Below, piece by piece: positions 35,424 through 45,956 of a stretch of DNA of 64,000 nucleotides. Position 1 is the stretch's first letter, and each line of letters opens with the position of its first letter. The stretch is taken from the NCBI GenBank assembly GCA_902595225.1, contig CACJPG010000002.1, positions 1,151-65,150 of the forward strand. Direction: 5' to 3'. This stretch comes from an uncultured Thiothrix sp. (GTDB lineage Bacteria > Pseudomonadota > Gammaproteobacteria > Poriferisulfidales > GCA-002705445). Both the position numbers and the translations under genes were made by a program. The notes under the pieces were generated by a model, which saw nothing but the letters and a program-made list of their open reading frames with translations, was not told the DNA's origin and did no database searches.

Positions 35424-36338
35424 TTAATACCATTTTTTTGGTATCAGAAAATTTTTGTACAGATTATCTTCTTCACTTCCCTTTACAATCTTATAATCAT
35501 AATCCCATTTTACAAGTGGTGGCATTGACATAAGAATTGATTCTGTTCTTCCATTCGACTGAAGACCAAATAAAGTACCCCTGTCATAAACAAGGTTAAA
35601 CTCAACATATCTTCCTCTCCTATAAAGCTGAAAATCTTTTTGTTTTTCACTAAATGGAATTTCAAAACGTTTTTTTATTATTGGCTCATATGCAGTTAGA
35701 AATCCATGCCCGACATCTTTTATAAAATTAAAGCACTTAGAGAAATCCCATATATTTAAGTCATCGAAAAAAATTCCTCCAATACCTCTTGATTCTTTTC
35801 GGTGTTTAATAAAAAAATAATCATCACAATTTTTTTTGTATTCCTCATAAATATTTTTACCATAAGGTTCACACAAATCGTATGCCGTCTTATGCCAATG
35901 AATTGCATCTTCCTCATAGCCGTAATATGGCGTCATATCAAAACCACCACCAAACCACCAAATTGGATCAGAGTCTTTTTTAAATGCAACGAAAAGCCTC
36001 ACATTTAAATGAACAGTTGGAACATTTGGATTTTTTGGATGTGAAACCACAGAAACGCCCATTGCTCGGTAATTCCGCCCCTGTAAATCTGGGCGAATAT
36101 TTGTTGCAGCTGCAGGTAATTTGTCTCCTAAAATGTCAGAAAAGTTTACACCTACTTTATCAAAAACGCTTCCATTCTCTAGCAAGCAAGTTATACCTCC
36201 TCCACCTTCACTTCTATCCCATTTATCATCGATAAATTTTGTATTATCGAAAGTTTCGAGCATTGAGATAATTTTACTTTGTAAATTTAGCAAGAATTCT
36301 CTTACTTGCTCTATTTCTGTTGGCTTAATTTCTGACAC
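35424..36338 (-). CDS. hemF: oxygen-dependent coproporphyrinogen-III oxidase
   Basis: RSEGGGGITCLLENG, HPKNPNVPTVHLNVR, GGGFDMTPYY, RRGRYVEFNL blocks. Confidence 0.94.
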   Translation of the reverse strand: MSEIKPTEIEQVREFLLNLQSKIISMLETFDNTKFIDDKWDRSEGGGGITCLLENGSVFDKVGVNFSDILGDKLPAAATNIRPDLQGRNYRAMGVSVVSHPKNPNVPTVHLNVRLFVAFKKDSDPIWWFGGGFDMTPYYGYEEDAIHWHKTAYDLCEPYGKNIYEEYKKNCDDYFFIKHRKESRGIGGIFFDDLNIWDFSKCFNFIKDVGHGFLTAYEPIIKKRFEIPFSEKQKDFQLYRRGRYVEFNLVYDRGTLFGLQSNGRTESILMSMPPLVKWDYDYKIVKGSEEDNLYKNFLIPKKWY

Positions 36339-36917
36339 CTATCCTCCCTCTCTCAAAATTTCTTTTGACAATAAATCTACAATACGACTTGGTTTTTTGT
36401 TTTCCCCTATATTTCCCTCTATAATATAATCAACTTTTTCTCCAAAAACACTAACGCAATCAGAAAAATTAGTTATTGGCTTTTGACCAGATATGTTTGC
36501 GCTTGTTGAAATAATAGGAAATTCCAAACATTTGCAAAGTATTCTCGAAACTTCATGTTTTGTTATCCGAATGCCAACTTTCTTACTACCACCAGTTATT
36601 TCACCTAATATATTATTGCTTGCTGGACATAACCATGTTGTAGGAATTGCATCACTATTATTTTCGACAAAAAGTTTAAAATAATTATCGTCTATTAGTT
36701 CTCTAACTTTTTCGAGATTATCTGAAATAATAATTAGCCCTTTTGAGACATCTCTTTTCTTAATTTTTAATATTTTTTTTATTGAGTCTTTGTTATTTAT
36801 ATTACAACCAAGACCGTAAACTGCCTCAGTAGGATAAGCAAAAACTGCGCCAGCTTTAGCCGCCTCAATGAACACATTAAGCTTATCATTATTTTTTAAA
36901 TTGATAATCTCAGACAT
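36339..36917 (-). CDS. tsaC: L-threonylcarbamoyladenylate synthase type 1
   Basis: YrdC-domain blocks AYPTEAVYGLGCN, KKRDVSKGLIII, STSANISG. Confidence 0.88.
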   Translation of the reverse strand: MSEIINLKNNDKLNVFIEAAKAGAVFAYPTEAVYGLGCNINNKDSIKKILKIKKRDVSKGLIIISDNLEKVRELIDDNYFKLFVENNSDAIPTTWLCPASNNILGEITGGSKKVGIRITKHEVSRILCKCLEFPIISTSANISGQKPITNFSDCVSVFGEKVDYIIEGNIGENKKPSRIVDLLSKEILREGG

Positions 36918-36931
36918 AAATAAAGGGTAAT

Positions 36932-39337
36932 TTAAGTATTTTCAGCTTTCTTTTTAGTAGATTTTTTCTTTACCACTTTCTTTTTTGCTACCACCTTCTT
37001 CTTTGCCCCAAATCTTCCCCTTTTTACTGGAGCATTCTCAATCATATGAATACACTCTTCTAGAGATAACTCTTTTGGCTCTTGATCTTTTGGAACCTTA
37101 ACATTTTTTGTCCCGTCAGTGACATATGGTCCAAATCTACCATTTAAGACTTGTATGCCCTTCTCTTCAAAATTTTGTATTACTTTATTTGCTTCAATTA
37201 TTTTCTTTTCTTCAACTAAAGGTAATGCTTGCTCGAAAGTAATTGTGTATGGATCATAAGGATCTTCTCCTTCTTTTTCTAAACCCTTAAGCGACAAATT
37301 CTTTTTTTCACCATAGTTTAAATAAGGCCCAAATCTTCCAAGACAAGCTGTAATATGTTCGCCATCAGGTGTTTCGCCAAGTAATCTCGGTAACACAAAT
37401 AATTCCAATGCCTCCTCAAGAGTAATGGATGTTATATCCTGGCCGATTTTTAAAGAAGCTGATTTTGGTTTTCCAGCCTCCTTAGGATCATCTTTTGTGC
37501 CTATCATTGCATGTGGGCCGAACGGCCCATGTCGAACGCTTACAGTTCTTCCACTTTTTGGGTCAGTTCCCAACACTCTCTCTTGTTTCCTCTCTTCTGG
37601 GGAAAGTTTTTCAGTTTTGCCAACCATCTCAGTAAGGTACTTGTAAAATGAGTCGGTAGTGGGGATCCACTCCACCTCACCTCTAGCAATTTTATCAAGT
37701 GTTTCCTCAAGCTCAGCAGTGTAATTATATTTTATAAAGTCATTAAAATTTTTGTCTAAGAAAGCGCAAGCTGAGGCGCCTTTACCTGTGGGTGTTAAAG
37801 TTCTATTTTCAATTTCAACATATTCTTTCAATCTGAGCGTTTCAATTATCGCCGCATATGTTGATGGTCTTCCTATTCCTTCCTTTTCAAGATTTTTAAT
37901 TAAACTTGCTTCAGTATATCTTCCAGGTGGCTGAGTAAAATGTTGAACCGCATCGACTTTATTAAGTTTTATAACATCTCCCTCTTGCATAGGTGGAAGA
38001 ATTTTTGATTCTGCATCTAAATCTTCGTCGTCAGACCCTTCTAAATATACTTGCATAAAGCCTGGATATTTAATTGATTGTCCCGAAGCCCTAAAAGTTT
38101 TTTCTTTAGTGCCAAGATCTACTGATACAGAATCTAAAATAGCGTCATTCATTTGAGAAGCAACCGTTCTTTTCCATATCAAGGAATATAATTCATATTG
38201 ATCGTTATTAAGATATTTTTTTACATCTTCGGGTTTTTTTGTTACTGAAGATGGTCTTATTGCTTCATGGGCCTCTTGAGCGTTTTTTGAAGTATTTGAA
38301 TATACTCTCTTTTCAGCTGGAAGAGAATCATTTCCATATAGATCAGGTATTATCTCCCTAATCTCATTAATTGCTTCTTGTGCTAAATTAGTTGAATCTG
38401 TTCTCATGTAGGTAATTAGACCTATTGGACCATCACCTAAATCTATACCGGTATAAAGTTCTTGGGCAATTCCCATTGTTCTTCTGGGTGCAAATCTCAG
38501 TTTTCTTGACGCTTCCTGCTGTAGCGTGGAAGTAATGAAAGGCTTTGCAGGTTGCCTCTTTCTTTCTTTTTTTACAACTTTCAAAACCTTAAAATTTTCA
38601 TCAGGTATTTCAGAAATTTCTTCTTTTATCCTAATTGCTTTTTTTTCATCATCGATATCAAACTTTGATAACTTTTTACCGTCCAAGGTATGCAAAAAAG
38701 AATCAAAAACTTTTTTCTCTTTAGCAAAATTAGCATTTAACGACCAGTATTCTTGGGGGATAAATTTTCTTATTGCTTCTTCCCTTTCAACAATCATTTT
38801 TAATGCAGGACTCTGCACTCTGCCTGCCGAACCTTTTCTTATTCCAATCCCCCATAGTAAAGGAGATATACCCATTCCAAATAAATAGTCAATTGAGCGA
38901 CGAGCAAATTGAGCATTTATCAAGTCATAAGAAAGTTCTCTTGGATTTTTTATGGAATCTAATATCGCTTTTTTTGTTATTTCGTTGAATACAATTCTAA
39001 CAACTTCAATGCCCTCTAATGATTTCTCTTTTTCTAAAATATCAATTAGATGCCAAGCGATTACCTCGCCCTCTCTATCTTGGTCAGTGGCCAAATAAAG
39101 TTTCTTTGCATTTTTTAGAGCTTTTTTTATATCTCTAATAATATGTTCTGGTTTATTATGATCTCGATCAATCAGCTCATAATTCATTTTATAATCATTT
39201 TCTACATCTATACCCTTTTTTGAGGGTAGATTTCGCAAATGACCTACCGTTGAGATGACTTTAAAGTCGTTTCCCAAGTATTTTTCAATTGTTCTTGACT
39301 TTGCTGGCGATTCAACAATAACTAAATTATCACTCAT
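36932..39337 (-). CDS. topA: DNA topoisomerase I
   Basis: TOPRIM LVIVESPAKSRTIEKYLG, DQDREGE, active-site region GLITYMRTDS, Lys-rich C-terminal tail. Confidence 0.96.
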   Translation of the reverse strand: MSDNLVIVESPAKSRTIEKYLGNDFKVISTVGHLRNLPSKKGIDVENDYKMNYELIDRDHNKPEHIIRDIKKALKNAKKLYLATDQDREGEVIAWHLIDILEKEKSLEGIEVVRIVFNEITKKAILDSIKNPRELSYDLINAQFARRSIDYLFGMGISPLLWGIGIRKGSAGRVQSPALKMIVEREEAIRKFIPQEYWSLNANFAKEKKVFDSFLHTLDGKKLSKFDIDDEKKAIRIKEEISEIPDENFKVLKVVKKERKRQPAKPFITSTLQQEASRKLRFAPRRTMGIAQELYTGIDLGDGPIGLITYMRTDSTNLAQEAINEIREIIPDLYGNDSLPAEKRVYSNTSKNAQEAHEAIRPSSVTKKPEDVKKYLNNDQYELYSLIWKRTVASQMNDAILDSVSVDLGTKEKTFRASGQSIKYPGFMQVYLEGSDDEDLDAESKILPPMQEGDVIKLNKVDAVQHFTQPPGRYTEASLIKNLEKEGIGRPSTYAAIIETLRLKEYVEIENRTLTPTGKGASACAFLDKNFNDFIKYNYTAELEETLDKIARGEVEWIPTTDSFYKYLTEMVGKTEKLSPEERKQERVLGTDPKSGRTVSVRHGPFGPHAMIGTKDDPKEAGKPKSASLKIGQDITSITLEEALELFVLPRLLGETPDGEHITACLGRFGPYLNYGEKKNLSLKGLEKEGEDPYDPYTITFEQALPLVEEKKIIEANKVIQNFEEKGIQVLNGRFGPYVTDGTKNVKVPKDQEPKELSLEECIHMIENAPVKRGRFGAKKKVVAKKKVVKKKSTKKKAENT

Positions 39338-39373
39338 AATGGAATCTAAACCTTAAAAATTTAAAAAACCTAG

Positions 39374-39850
39374 TTAATGAATGTATGGTAAAGCTTTATC
39401 TGAATTTAGATTTTGCAACCAAGTATAACTACTTTCATTACCAGGAGTATTAAATAAAATCATTAACACCACCCATCTTATTTGACTTAAATCAACATTA
39501 TTTGTGTCTAGCGCCATTATTCTGTCTATAACGTGCTCTCTAATTTCGCCATGAAAAATACCAAGCCTTTCAAGGAACATTAAAAAGCTTAATCCCTCGT
39601 CACCAATTTTTCTATGCTCAGCATCACTAAAAAGCCTGAAACTATTTTTTGTTGGTTTATTTAATAAAGAGTTTTCGTCTGCACCTGGAAGACCTTCGAG
39701 CCATTCAAATGCTCTTTCAATATTATCGTCAGCGAACCCAGCATCAGATAAATTTTTGTGCAGGGATTCTTTATCGAGCTCTACCTCTTCGTTATCATCT
39801 ACATAGCTTTGGAACATAAACATTAAGACATCTAATATGGTTTCTTTCAT
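39374..39850 (-). CDS. smg: Smg (DUF494) protein
   Basis: ILDVLMFMFQSY start and size typical of Smg. Conserved position opposite def-fmt. Confidence 0.8.
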   Translation of the reverse strand: MKETILDVLMFMFQSYVDDNEEVELDKESLHKNLSDAGFADDNIERAFEWLEGLPGADENSLLNKPTKNSFRLFSDAEHRKIGDEGLSFLMFLERLGIFHGEIREHVIDRIMALDTNNVDLSQIRWVVLMILFNTPGNESSYTWLQNLNSDKALPYIH

Positions 39851-39984
39851 AGCGCTTCCTTAAGTAATTGATTTATAATGTAAAAATAAATTATAATATT
39901 GTTAATATTGCACCATCTTTTTAACATTAATACATTGTTGTTATTTAGTCAAAATTACAATAAGAATTAATATTTTTGGTAAGT

Positions 39985-40014
39985 TTTACACAACGTTCTA
40001 TACAATAGTATAAT
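39985..40014 (+). promoter_or_regulatory. candidate promoter for def-fmt
   Basis: TTTACA (39985-39990), 18 bp, TATAAT (40009-40014), 32 nt upstream of the def ATG. Confidence 0.4.
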
Positions 40015-40046
40015 TAGATTTATTAATCTTTTTTTGGAAGTTAATT

Positions 40047-40595
40047 ATGAAAAAGTTAGAGGTTTTGCATTTCCCTGATCCAAGATTAAGGAAGATTGCG
40101 CAACCAGTAAAAAATTTTGACAAAGATCTCAAGAACATTATTGATAGGATGTTTTTCACAATGTACGAAGAAAAGGGAATCGGTTTAGCTGCAACACAAG
40201 TGAACATTCATAAAAGAATTATCGTTATTGATGTTTCAGAGAAAAAAAATGAAAAATTATACTTAATAAATCCTGAGATTCTTTCTCTATCTGATGATAA
40301 AGACTCTATGGAAGAAGGTTGTTTATCAGTGCCTGGATTTTACGAATCTGTTGAACGTCCGAAAAAGATCAAAATCTTGACATACGATTATGATGGTAAG
40401 GAAATTGAACTTGATGCTTATGGATTATTATCTACATGCATTCAACACGAGATTGATCATTTAAACGGTAAATTATTTGTTGACCATATCTCGTCGTTAA
40501 AAAGAAGTCGTATCGAAACAAAAATTAAGAAATTAAAAAAAGACGGTTTGATAGCATCTAGAAAAGAAACTCCAAATTACAAATCAGCGGTTTAA
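40047..40595 (+). CDS. def: peptide deformylase
   Basis: GIGLAATQV, EGCLSVPG, HEIDHLNG motifs. Confidence 0.96.
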   Translation: MKKLEVLHFPDPRLRKIAQPVKNFDKDLKNIIDRMFFTMYEEKGIGLAATQVNIHKRIIVIDVSEKKNEKLYLINPEILSLSDDKDSMEEGCLSVPGFYESVERPKKIKILTYDYDGKEIELDAYGLLSTCIQHEIDHLNGKLFVDHISSLKRSRIETKIKKLKKDGLIASRKETPNYKSAV

Positions 40596-40605
40596 AAATT
40601 CTACC

Positions 40606-41538
40606 ATGAACAAGTTAAATATTGTGTTCGCTGGAACGCCAGAATTTGCAGAAAAACATCTATTAGCATTAATAAAATCAAATCATAATGTTCGTGCAGT
40701 TTTTACGCAACCCAGTAAAAGGTCTGGTAGAGGATTAAAATTCAAGCATAGCCCTGTAAGAGAAACGGCTTTTGAAAATAATATTGATATAAGACAGCCC
40801 GAAAAAATTACAATTAAAGAGATGGACGCTCTTAGTGAACTAAATCCAGATATAGTTGTTGTGGTAGCATACGGATTAATTCTCACAAAAGAATTTATTT
40901 CAATTCCAAAATATGGTTGTATAAACGTTCATCCTTCTCTGTTACCAAGGTGGAGAGGCGCAGCTCCGATTCAAAGATCGATTCAAGCAGGGGACAAACT
41001 TTCAGGTATTACAATTATGCAAATGAATGAGGAACTAGATAAAGGAGACATAATTTATCAGGAGCCAGTGACAATTTCTGATAACGATTCTTCTGTAACA
41101 ATGCACAAAAAATTTGCAGAAGTAGGTGCTAGCGCGCTTCTTGTAATACTTGATTCAATAAAAGACAACAACATAATGTTACATGCTCAGGATGATAAAT
41201 TAGCAACTTATGCGCACAAAATTAAAAAAAATGAAGCGAAAATTAATTGGGAAGACTCTGCTGAGTCAATTCATAAAAAAATAATGGCATTTAATATTTG
41301 GCCAATAGCTGAAGCATCTCTTGCAGGTGAAAGGGTACGAATACACGATAGTGAATTTAAAGAACTTGATATAAATGGGATACCCGGAAGTATAAAATCC
41401 TATGCAAAAAATAACATTGAGGTTTTTACAGGAAATGGATGTCTAATAATTAAAAGACTCCAAAAAGATAATTCAAAAGTAGTAAGTTCTGAGGACTTTA
41501 TAAATTCAGTAGATTTACAGGGTAAAAAATTTGAATAA
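40606..41538 (+). CDS. fmt: methionyl-tRNA formyltransferase
   Basis: IVFAGTPEFA, NVHPSLLPRWRGAAPIQRSI blocks. Confidence 0.95.
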   Translation: MNKLNIVFAGTPEFAEKHLLALIKSNHNVRAVFTQPSKRSGRGLKFKHSPVRETAFENNIDIRQPEKITIKEMDALSELNPDIVVVVAYGLILTKEFISIPKYGCINVHPSLLPRWRGAAPIQRSIQAGDKLSGITIMQMNEELDKGDIIYQEPVTISDNDSSVTMHKKFAEVGASALLVILDSIKDNNIMLHAQDDKLATYAHKIKKNEAKINWEDSAESIHKKIMAFNIWPIAEASLAGERVRIHDSEFKELDINGIPGSIKSYAKNNIEVFTGNGCLIIKRLQKDNSKVVSSEDFINSVDLQGKKFE

Positions 41539-41586
41539 CAAAGATTTATTAAACTTAGTAAATATGAACTATAATGTAAAAATATT

Positions 41587-42930
41587 ATGAAAATTATAAT
41601 CGTTGGAGCTGGTCAGGTCGGCAGCTCATTATCAATCAATCTTGTGAAAGAAGGTAATGATGTCACGCTAATAGATAAAAGCGCAGACTTATTGGAAAAT
41701 ATCGCAGAAAAAGTTGATCTTCAAACAATTCATGGTAATGGAGCACACCCAAGAATTTTAGAGGCTGCCGGTGCAAATAAAGCAGACATGATAGTAGCTG
41801 TGTCAAAGAGTGATGAAACAAATATGATAGCCTGCCAAGTTGCATATACTGTTTTTGGAGTTGAAAAAAAAATCGCACGAATTAGAGATCTTGAATATTT
41901 AAACTATGAAAATTTGTTTGCTGACGAGTCAACTCCAATTGACTTTACAATTAGCCCAGACTTAATAGCATCAAGTTATATTAAGAAGTTAATTAAATAT
42001 CAAGGGACCAGACAGGTTTTCAATTTTTCAAATGATAATGATTGTTTTATAAATATTGTTTTTAAAGAGAAAAATAACGAAGAAAACTCAATAATGTATT
42101 TTCAAGAATCATGCGAAAAATTTAATGCAAAAATTTGCGCCTTTATAAGAAAGGATAAGCTTTATTCAATTGAAGATGGAGATATTATAGAAAATAATGA
42201 TGAGCTATTATTAATATGTAAAGAGGAAAATATTGAAGATATCATGAAGCTGTTTGGGAGAAATAAAAATAATAAAAGAATTATGATAGCTGGTGGTGGG
42301 AATATCGGTAGACATTTGTCAGAAAATATTAGTGAAGATTATCAAGTGAAAGTTATAGAATCAAACGAAGAAAGGGCAGAGTTTTTGTCTGAGATAATTG
42401 ATGATGTGACAATAATAAATGCTGATTCTTCGAATGAAGATATCTTGCTTGAAGAAAATATTGAACACATGGATGTTTTTTGTGCCCTTACAAACGATGA
42501 TGAAGCAAATATACTTTCAGCAATGTTAGCTAAGAAACTTGGCTCAAAAACTGTTTTATCAATCATAAATAAAATAAGCTACTCAGATCTTGTTGAAAAT
42601 CAAGAAATTGACATTACTGTATCACCAGAGGATTTAACAATGGGAGCTCTTTTAACACATATAAGAAAGGGAAGTATTGTAAAAGCTCACTCATTAATGC
42701 GAGGAAATCTAGAATTATTAGAACTTGAGCTTAGAGACAAAGAAGACTCTAAAATTATAGGAAAAAATATTGAGCAAATTAATATTTCAGAAAATGTAAT
42801 TATATGCTGTATCATAAGAGATGAAAATTTTATATTTGATATATCAAATCTTTTATTGGAAAAAAATGATCGTTTGGTTTGTTTAGTAAATAAAAAAGAT
42901 GTCAAACAAATTGAAGAATTATTTGAATAG
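41587..42930 (+). CDS. trkA: Trk potassium uptake protein TrkA (two RCK/NAD-binding modules)
   Basis: MKIIIVGAGQVG and second IMIAGGGNIG Rossmann loops. Confidence 0.92.
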   Translation: MKIIIVGAGQVGSSLSINLVKEGNDVTLIDKSADLLENIAEKVDLQTIHGNGAHPRILEAAGANKADMIVAVSKSDETNMIACQVAYTVFGVEKKIARIRDLEYLNYENLFADESTPIDFTISPDLIASSYIKKLIKYQGTRQVFNFSNDNDCFINIVFKEKNNEENSIMYFQESCEKFNAKICAFIRKDKLYSIEDGDIIENNDELLLICKEENIEDIMKLFGRNKNNKRIMIAGGGNIGRHLSENISEDYQVKVIESNEERAEFLSEIIDDVTIINADSSNEDILLEENIEHMDVFCALTNDDEANILSAMLAKKLGSKTVLSIINKISYSDLVENQEIDITVSPEDLTMGALLTHIRKGSIVKAHSLMRGNLELLELELRDKEDSKIIGKNIEQINISENVIICCIIRDENFIFDISNLLLEKNDRLVCLVNKKDVKQIEELFE

Positions 42931-42935
42931 ACATA

Positions 42936-44381
42936 ATGCAAATTAAATCTGTAATCCGAATCCTTGGTCTTTTGCTAATGTTATTTAGCTTAGCAATAAT
43001 TCCTCCAATAATTGTAAGTTTAGTTTTTCAAGATAATGAAACATGGTCTTTTTTTTACGCTGGTATATTAATTTTTGTATCTGGACTGTTGTTATGGTTA
43101 CCTGCTGCTCAAGCTAAAACAGATCTTAAGCTTAGAGATGGTTTCATAATTGTTGTCTTATTTTGGTTTGTTTTAAGCTCTTTTGCATCACTTCCCATGA
43201 TACTCAGTGATTCTTTAGAAATATCAATTACAAACGCAATATTTGAATCAGTTTCTGGCTTAACAACAACTGGGGCAACGATTTTGAATGGAATAGATGC
43301 TTTGCCAGAATCAATTTTATTTTATAGACAATATCTTCAGTGGCTGGGTGGATTAGGAATCATAGTTTTGGCAGTAGCAGTGTTACCAATGCTCGGGGTT
43401 GGTGGGATGCAACTATATAAAGCAGAAGTTGCAGGGCCGATTAAAAACAAAATCACTCCGAGAATTACTGAAACTGCAAAATGGCTTTGGATAGTTTATT
43501 TGACAATGACTATTTTATGCGGGCTTGGATATTATTTCGCTGGTATGACAATATTTGATTCAATTTGCCACAGCTTCTCAACTATTGCCATCGGAGGATT
43601 TTCCACACATGATGCAAGTTTTGGATTTTATGATAATCAGTGGATTGAGTTAGTTGCAATAATTTTTATGCTAGCAGCTGGTTTGAATTTTAGCTTACAT
43701 TATTTAGCATTTAAAAATAAATCGATTCAGGCGTATAAGGACGATAATGAGTCCTTCTCATTTATTTTCATAACTATTTTTATATCAATTCTTACGATCC
43801 TATACATATATCAGCTAACATCTGAAATGAATACTAGAGAAATTATAAGAAATACTTTTTACGCTGTATCTATATCAACTACAACTGGATTTACTAATGC
43901 GAATTACTTTAATTATGTTGGGTTTTTGCCAATCCTACTAATACTTTTTAGTTTTGTTGGAGGCTGTGCAGGTTCAACTGCTGGGGGGATGAAGGTGATA
44001 AGAGTTATCTTATTGTTAAAACAAGGCTATAGAGAACTAATACGTTTGATACATCCTAATTCAAAAATCAAGGTAAAAGTTGGTAATTCAGCTATAAATG
44101 AAAGAACACTGGAAACAATCTGGGGGTTTTTTGCTATTTATGTGTTCGTTTTTTTTACAGTAATGCTATTACTAATGTTATCAGGATTAGATTTTTTAAC
44201 TTCATTCTCAGCAGTAGCCGCAACAATAAATAATCTTGGTCCTGGGCAAGGTGAAGTTATAAATAATTACTCGAACCTAACGGATGTTAATAAATGGATC
44301 TTATCCTTCAGCATGATAGTCGGAAGGTTAGAAATATTTACACTTCTAGTAATTTTCACCCCAGATTTTTGGAGAAAATAA
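42936..44381 (+). CDS. trkH: Trk potassium uptake protein TrkH
   Basis: Multi-pass membrane protein with pore-loop blocks SGLTTTGAT, STIAIGGFS, GGCAGSTAGGMKVIR. Confidence 0.92.
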   Translation: MQIKSVIRILGLLLMLFSLAIIPPIIVSLVFQDNETWSFFYAGILIFVSGLLLWLPAAQAKTDLKLRDGFIIVVLFWFVLSSFASLPMILSDSLEISITNAIFESVSGLTTTGATILNGIDALPESILFYRQYLQWLGGLGIIVLAVAVLPMLGVGGMQLYKAEVAGPIKNKITPRITETAKWLWIVYLTMTILCGLGYYFAGMTIFDSICHSFSTIAIGGFSTHDASFGFYDNQWIELVAIIFMLAAGLNFSLHYLAFKNKSIQAYKDDNESFSFIFITIFISILTILYIYQLTSEMNTREIIRNTFYAVSISTTTGFTNANYFNYVGFLPILLILFSFVGGCAGSTAGGMKVIRVILLLKQGYRELIRLIHPNSKIKVKVGNSAINERTLETIWGFFAIYVFVFFTVMLLLMLSGLDFLTSFSAVAATINNLGPGQGEVINNYSNLTDVNKWILSFSMIVGRLEIFTLLVIFTPDFWRK

Positions 44382-44392
44382 AAAAAATTTTA

Positions 44393-45277
44393 TTAATAAA
44401 TAGTTTCTTCTACCCCAGTTCTATTTCTAAATCTTTCATATGACCAAAGATATTGTGAGATGTTTTGATCTACTAATTGCTCAATAATTTTATTTAAAAA
44501 ATCTGCAGCATCTTTTTCATTAAGATCATAGAACTTTCTATCAACTCTACCAACAAAAATGTTAAAGCCATTTGAGTTCATAAGTCTTTCAGAAAATAAA
44601 TATATAATAGGAACTTTATTTTTTTTGCCGAGTTTGTAAATAAGTGTTGTTGTGTTTACAGGCACGTTATAAAAGGTTGACATTATTCCCTGATTAATTT
44701 TTGGGGTGTGGTCTGGTAAAATTCCTATTCCATAATTTTCGCGCAGCGCTTTTAATAATCTCTTTACTCCGGAATTATCAGTTTCAACTAATGAAGATCC
44801 CATTGTTTGTCTTCCTTCAAAAACGAACTCGTCTAAAATTTTGTTTCTTAATGGCTTGTACATTGTAAAAGTTTTAATTTTACTAGCTGCGTAAAGACCA
44901 CTTGTTTCCCAAGAACCATGGTGCGGGGTCATAAAAATTATCCCTTTTTTCTCACCTAGAGCATCATTAATTAAATTTTCAGAGTAAACCTTATTAATTA
45001 ATCTATTAAAATTTTTTTGGGATTTTCTATAGACATATGGCGTCTCAAGCATAGATTTTGCGTATTCTACTAAGGATTCTTTTGTTTTTTTTAAATACCA
45101 CGCTTTTGACTTATTTGGGAAGCATGCTCTTAAATTTTTATATGTCACGTGATATTTTTTACTATTTTTTGTAAAAAAAATTTTTGATAGAAAAAAAGCG
45201 ATTTTATGTGTAATTGATAAACTACAAAAACTAAGCAAAAATAGGCTAAATTTTTGTATTGTGCTTATTATCATCAT
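44393..45277 (-). CDS. lpxL: lipid A biosynthesis (LpxL/HtrB-type) lysophospholipid acyltransferase
   Basis: Family size, N-terminal TM, TPHHGSWE catalytic block and LPDH block. Confidence 0.75.
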   Translation of the reverse strand: MMIISTIQKFSLFLLSFCSLSITHKIAFFLSKIFFTKNSKKYHVTYKNLRACFPNKSKAWYLKKTKESLVEYAKSMLETPYVYRKSQKNFNRLINKVYSENLINDALGEKKGIIFMTPHHGSWETSGLYAASKIKTFTMYKPLRNKILDEFVFEGRQTMGSSLVETDNSGVKRLLKALRENYGIGILPDHTPKINQGIMSTFYNVPVNTTTLIYKLGKKNKVPIIYLFSERLMNSNGFNIFVGRVDRKFYDLNEKDAADFLNKIIEQLVDQNISQYLWSYERFRNRTGVEETIY

Positions 45278-45342
45278 TTAGTGTATATTGTGTATAAAAT
45301 TTTAATTATACTCGACTTTTACACAGTTTTTTTAGATATATT

Positions 45343-45939
45343 ATGAAAGAAAGAACATCATCAATTAAGCGAAAAACAAATGAAACCGATATCGAGTTAG
45401 ACCTAAATATCGACGGGACTGGAAAATGTGATGTTAAAACAGGCATGCCTTTTTTTGAGCACATGATAGAGCAAATATGTAGGCATGGACAAATTGACTT
45501 AGTGATAAAAGCCAAAGGAGATCTTGACGTAGACGCTCACCATACTGTTGAAGATATTGGAATATGTTTTGGTCAAGCTTTCAGCCAAGCTATTGGTGGC
45601 AAGGAAGGTATAAACCGTTATGGCCACGCATATGTCCCACTAGACGAAGCATTGTCCAGAGTCGTAATTGATTTTTCAGGAAGACCAGGTGTTGAATATA
45701 AGGCTGAATATCCTAGGCAATACATTAATGACTTTGATGTTGATCTTATTCATGAGTTCTTTCAAGGGTTTTGCAATCACGCAATGGTAACTCTTCATAT
45801 AGATAACATTAAGGGAGAAAATGGCCATCATATAGCTGAAACTATTTTTAAAGCTTTTGGAAGGGCATTTAGATATGCTAAGGAAGTTGATTTCGAAAAA
45901 CATGGAAAAAAACCGCCTTCTACAAAAGGTGTTCTTTAA
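45343..45939 (+). CDS. hisB: imidazoleglycerol-phosphate dehydratase (monofunctional)
   Basis: [26 protein letters not shown] metal-binding blocks. Confidence 0.95.
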   Translation: MKERTSSIKRKTNETDIELDLNIDGTGKCDVKTGMPFFEHMIEQICRHGQIDLVIKAKGDLDVDAHHTVEDIGICFGQAFSQAIGGKEGINRYGHAYVPLDEALSRVVIDFSGRPGVEYKAEYPRQYINDFDVDLIHEFFQGFCNHAMVTLHIDNIKGENGHHIAETIFKAFGRAFRYAKEVDFEKHGKKPPSTKGVL

Positions 45940-45956
45940 TTCTCGGAATTTTAACG

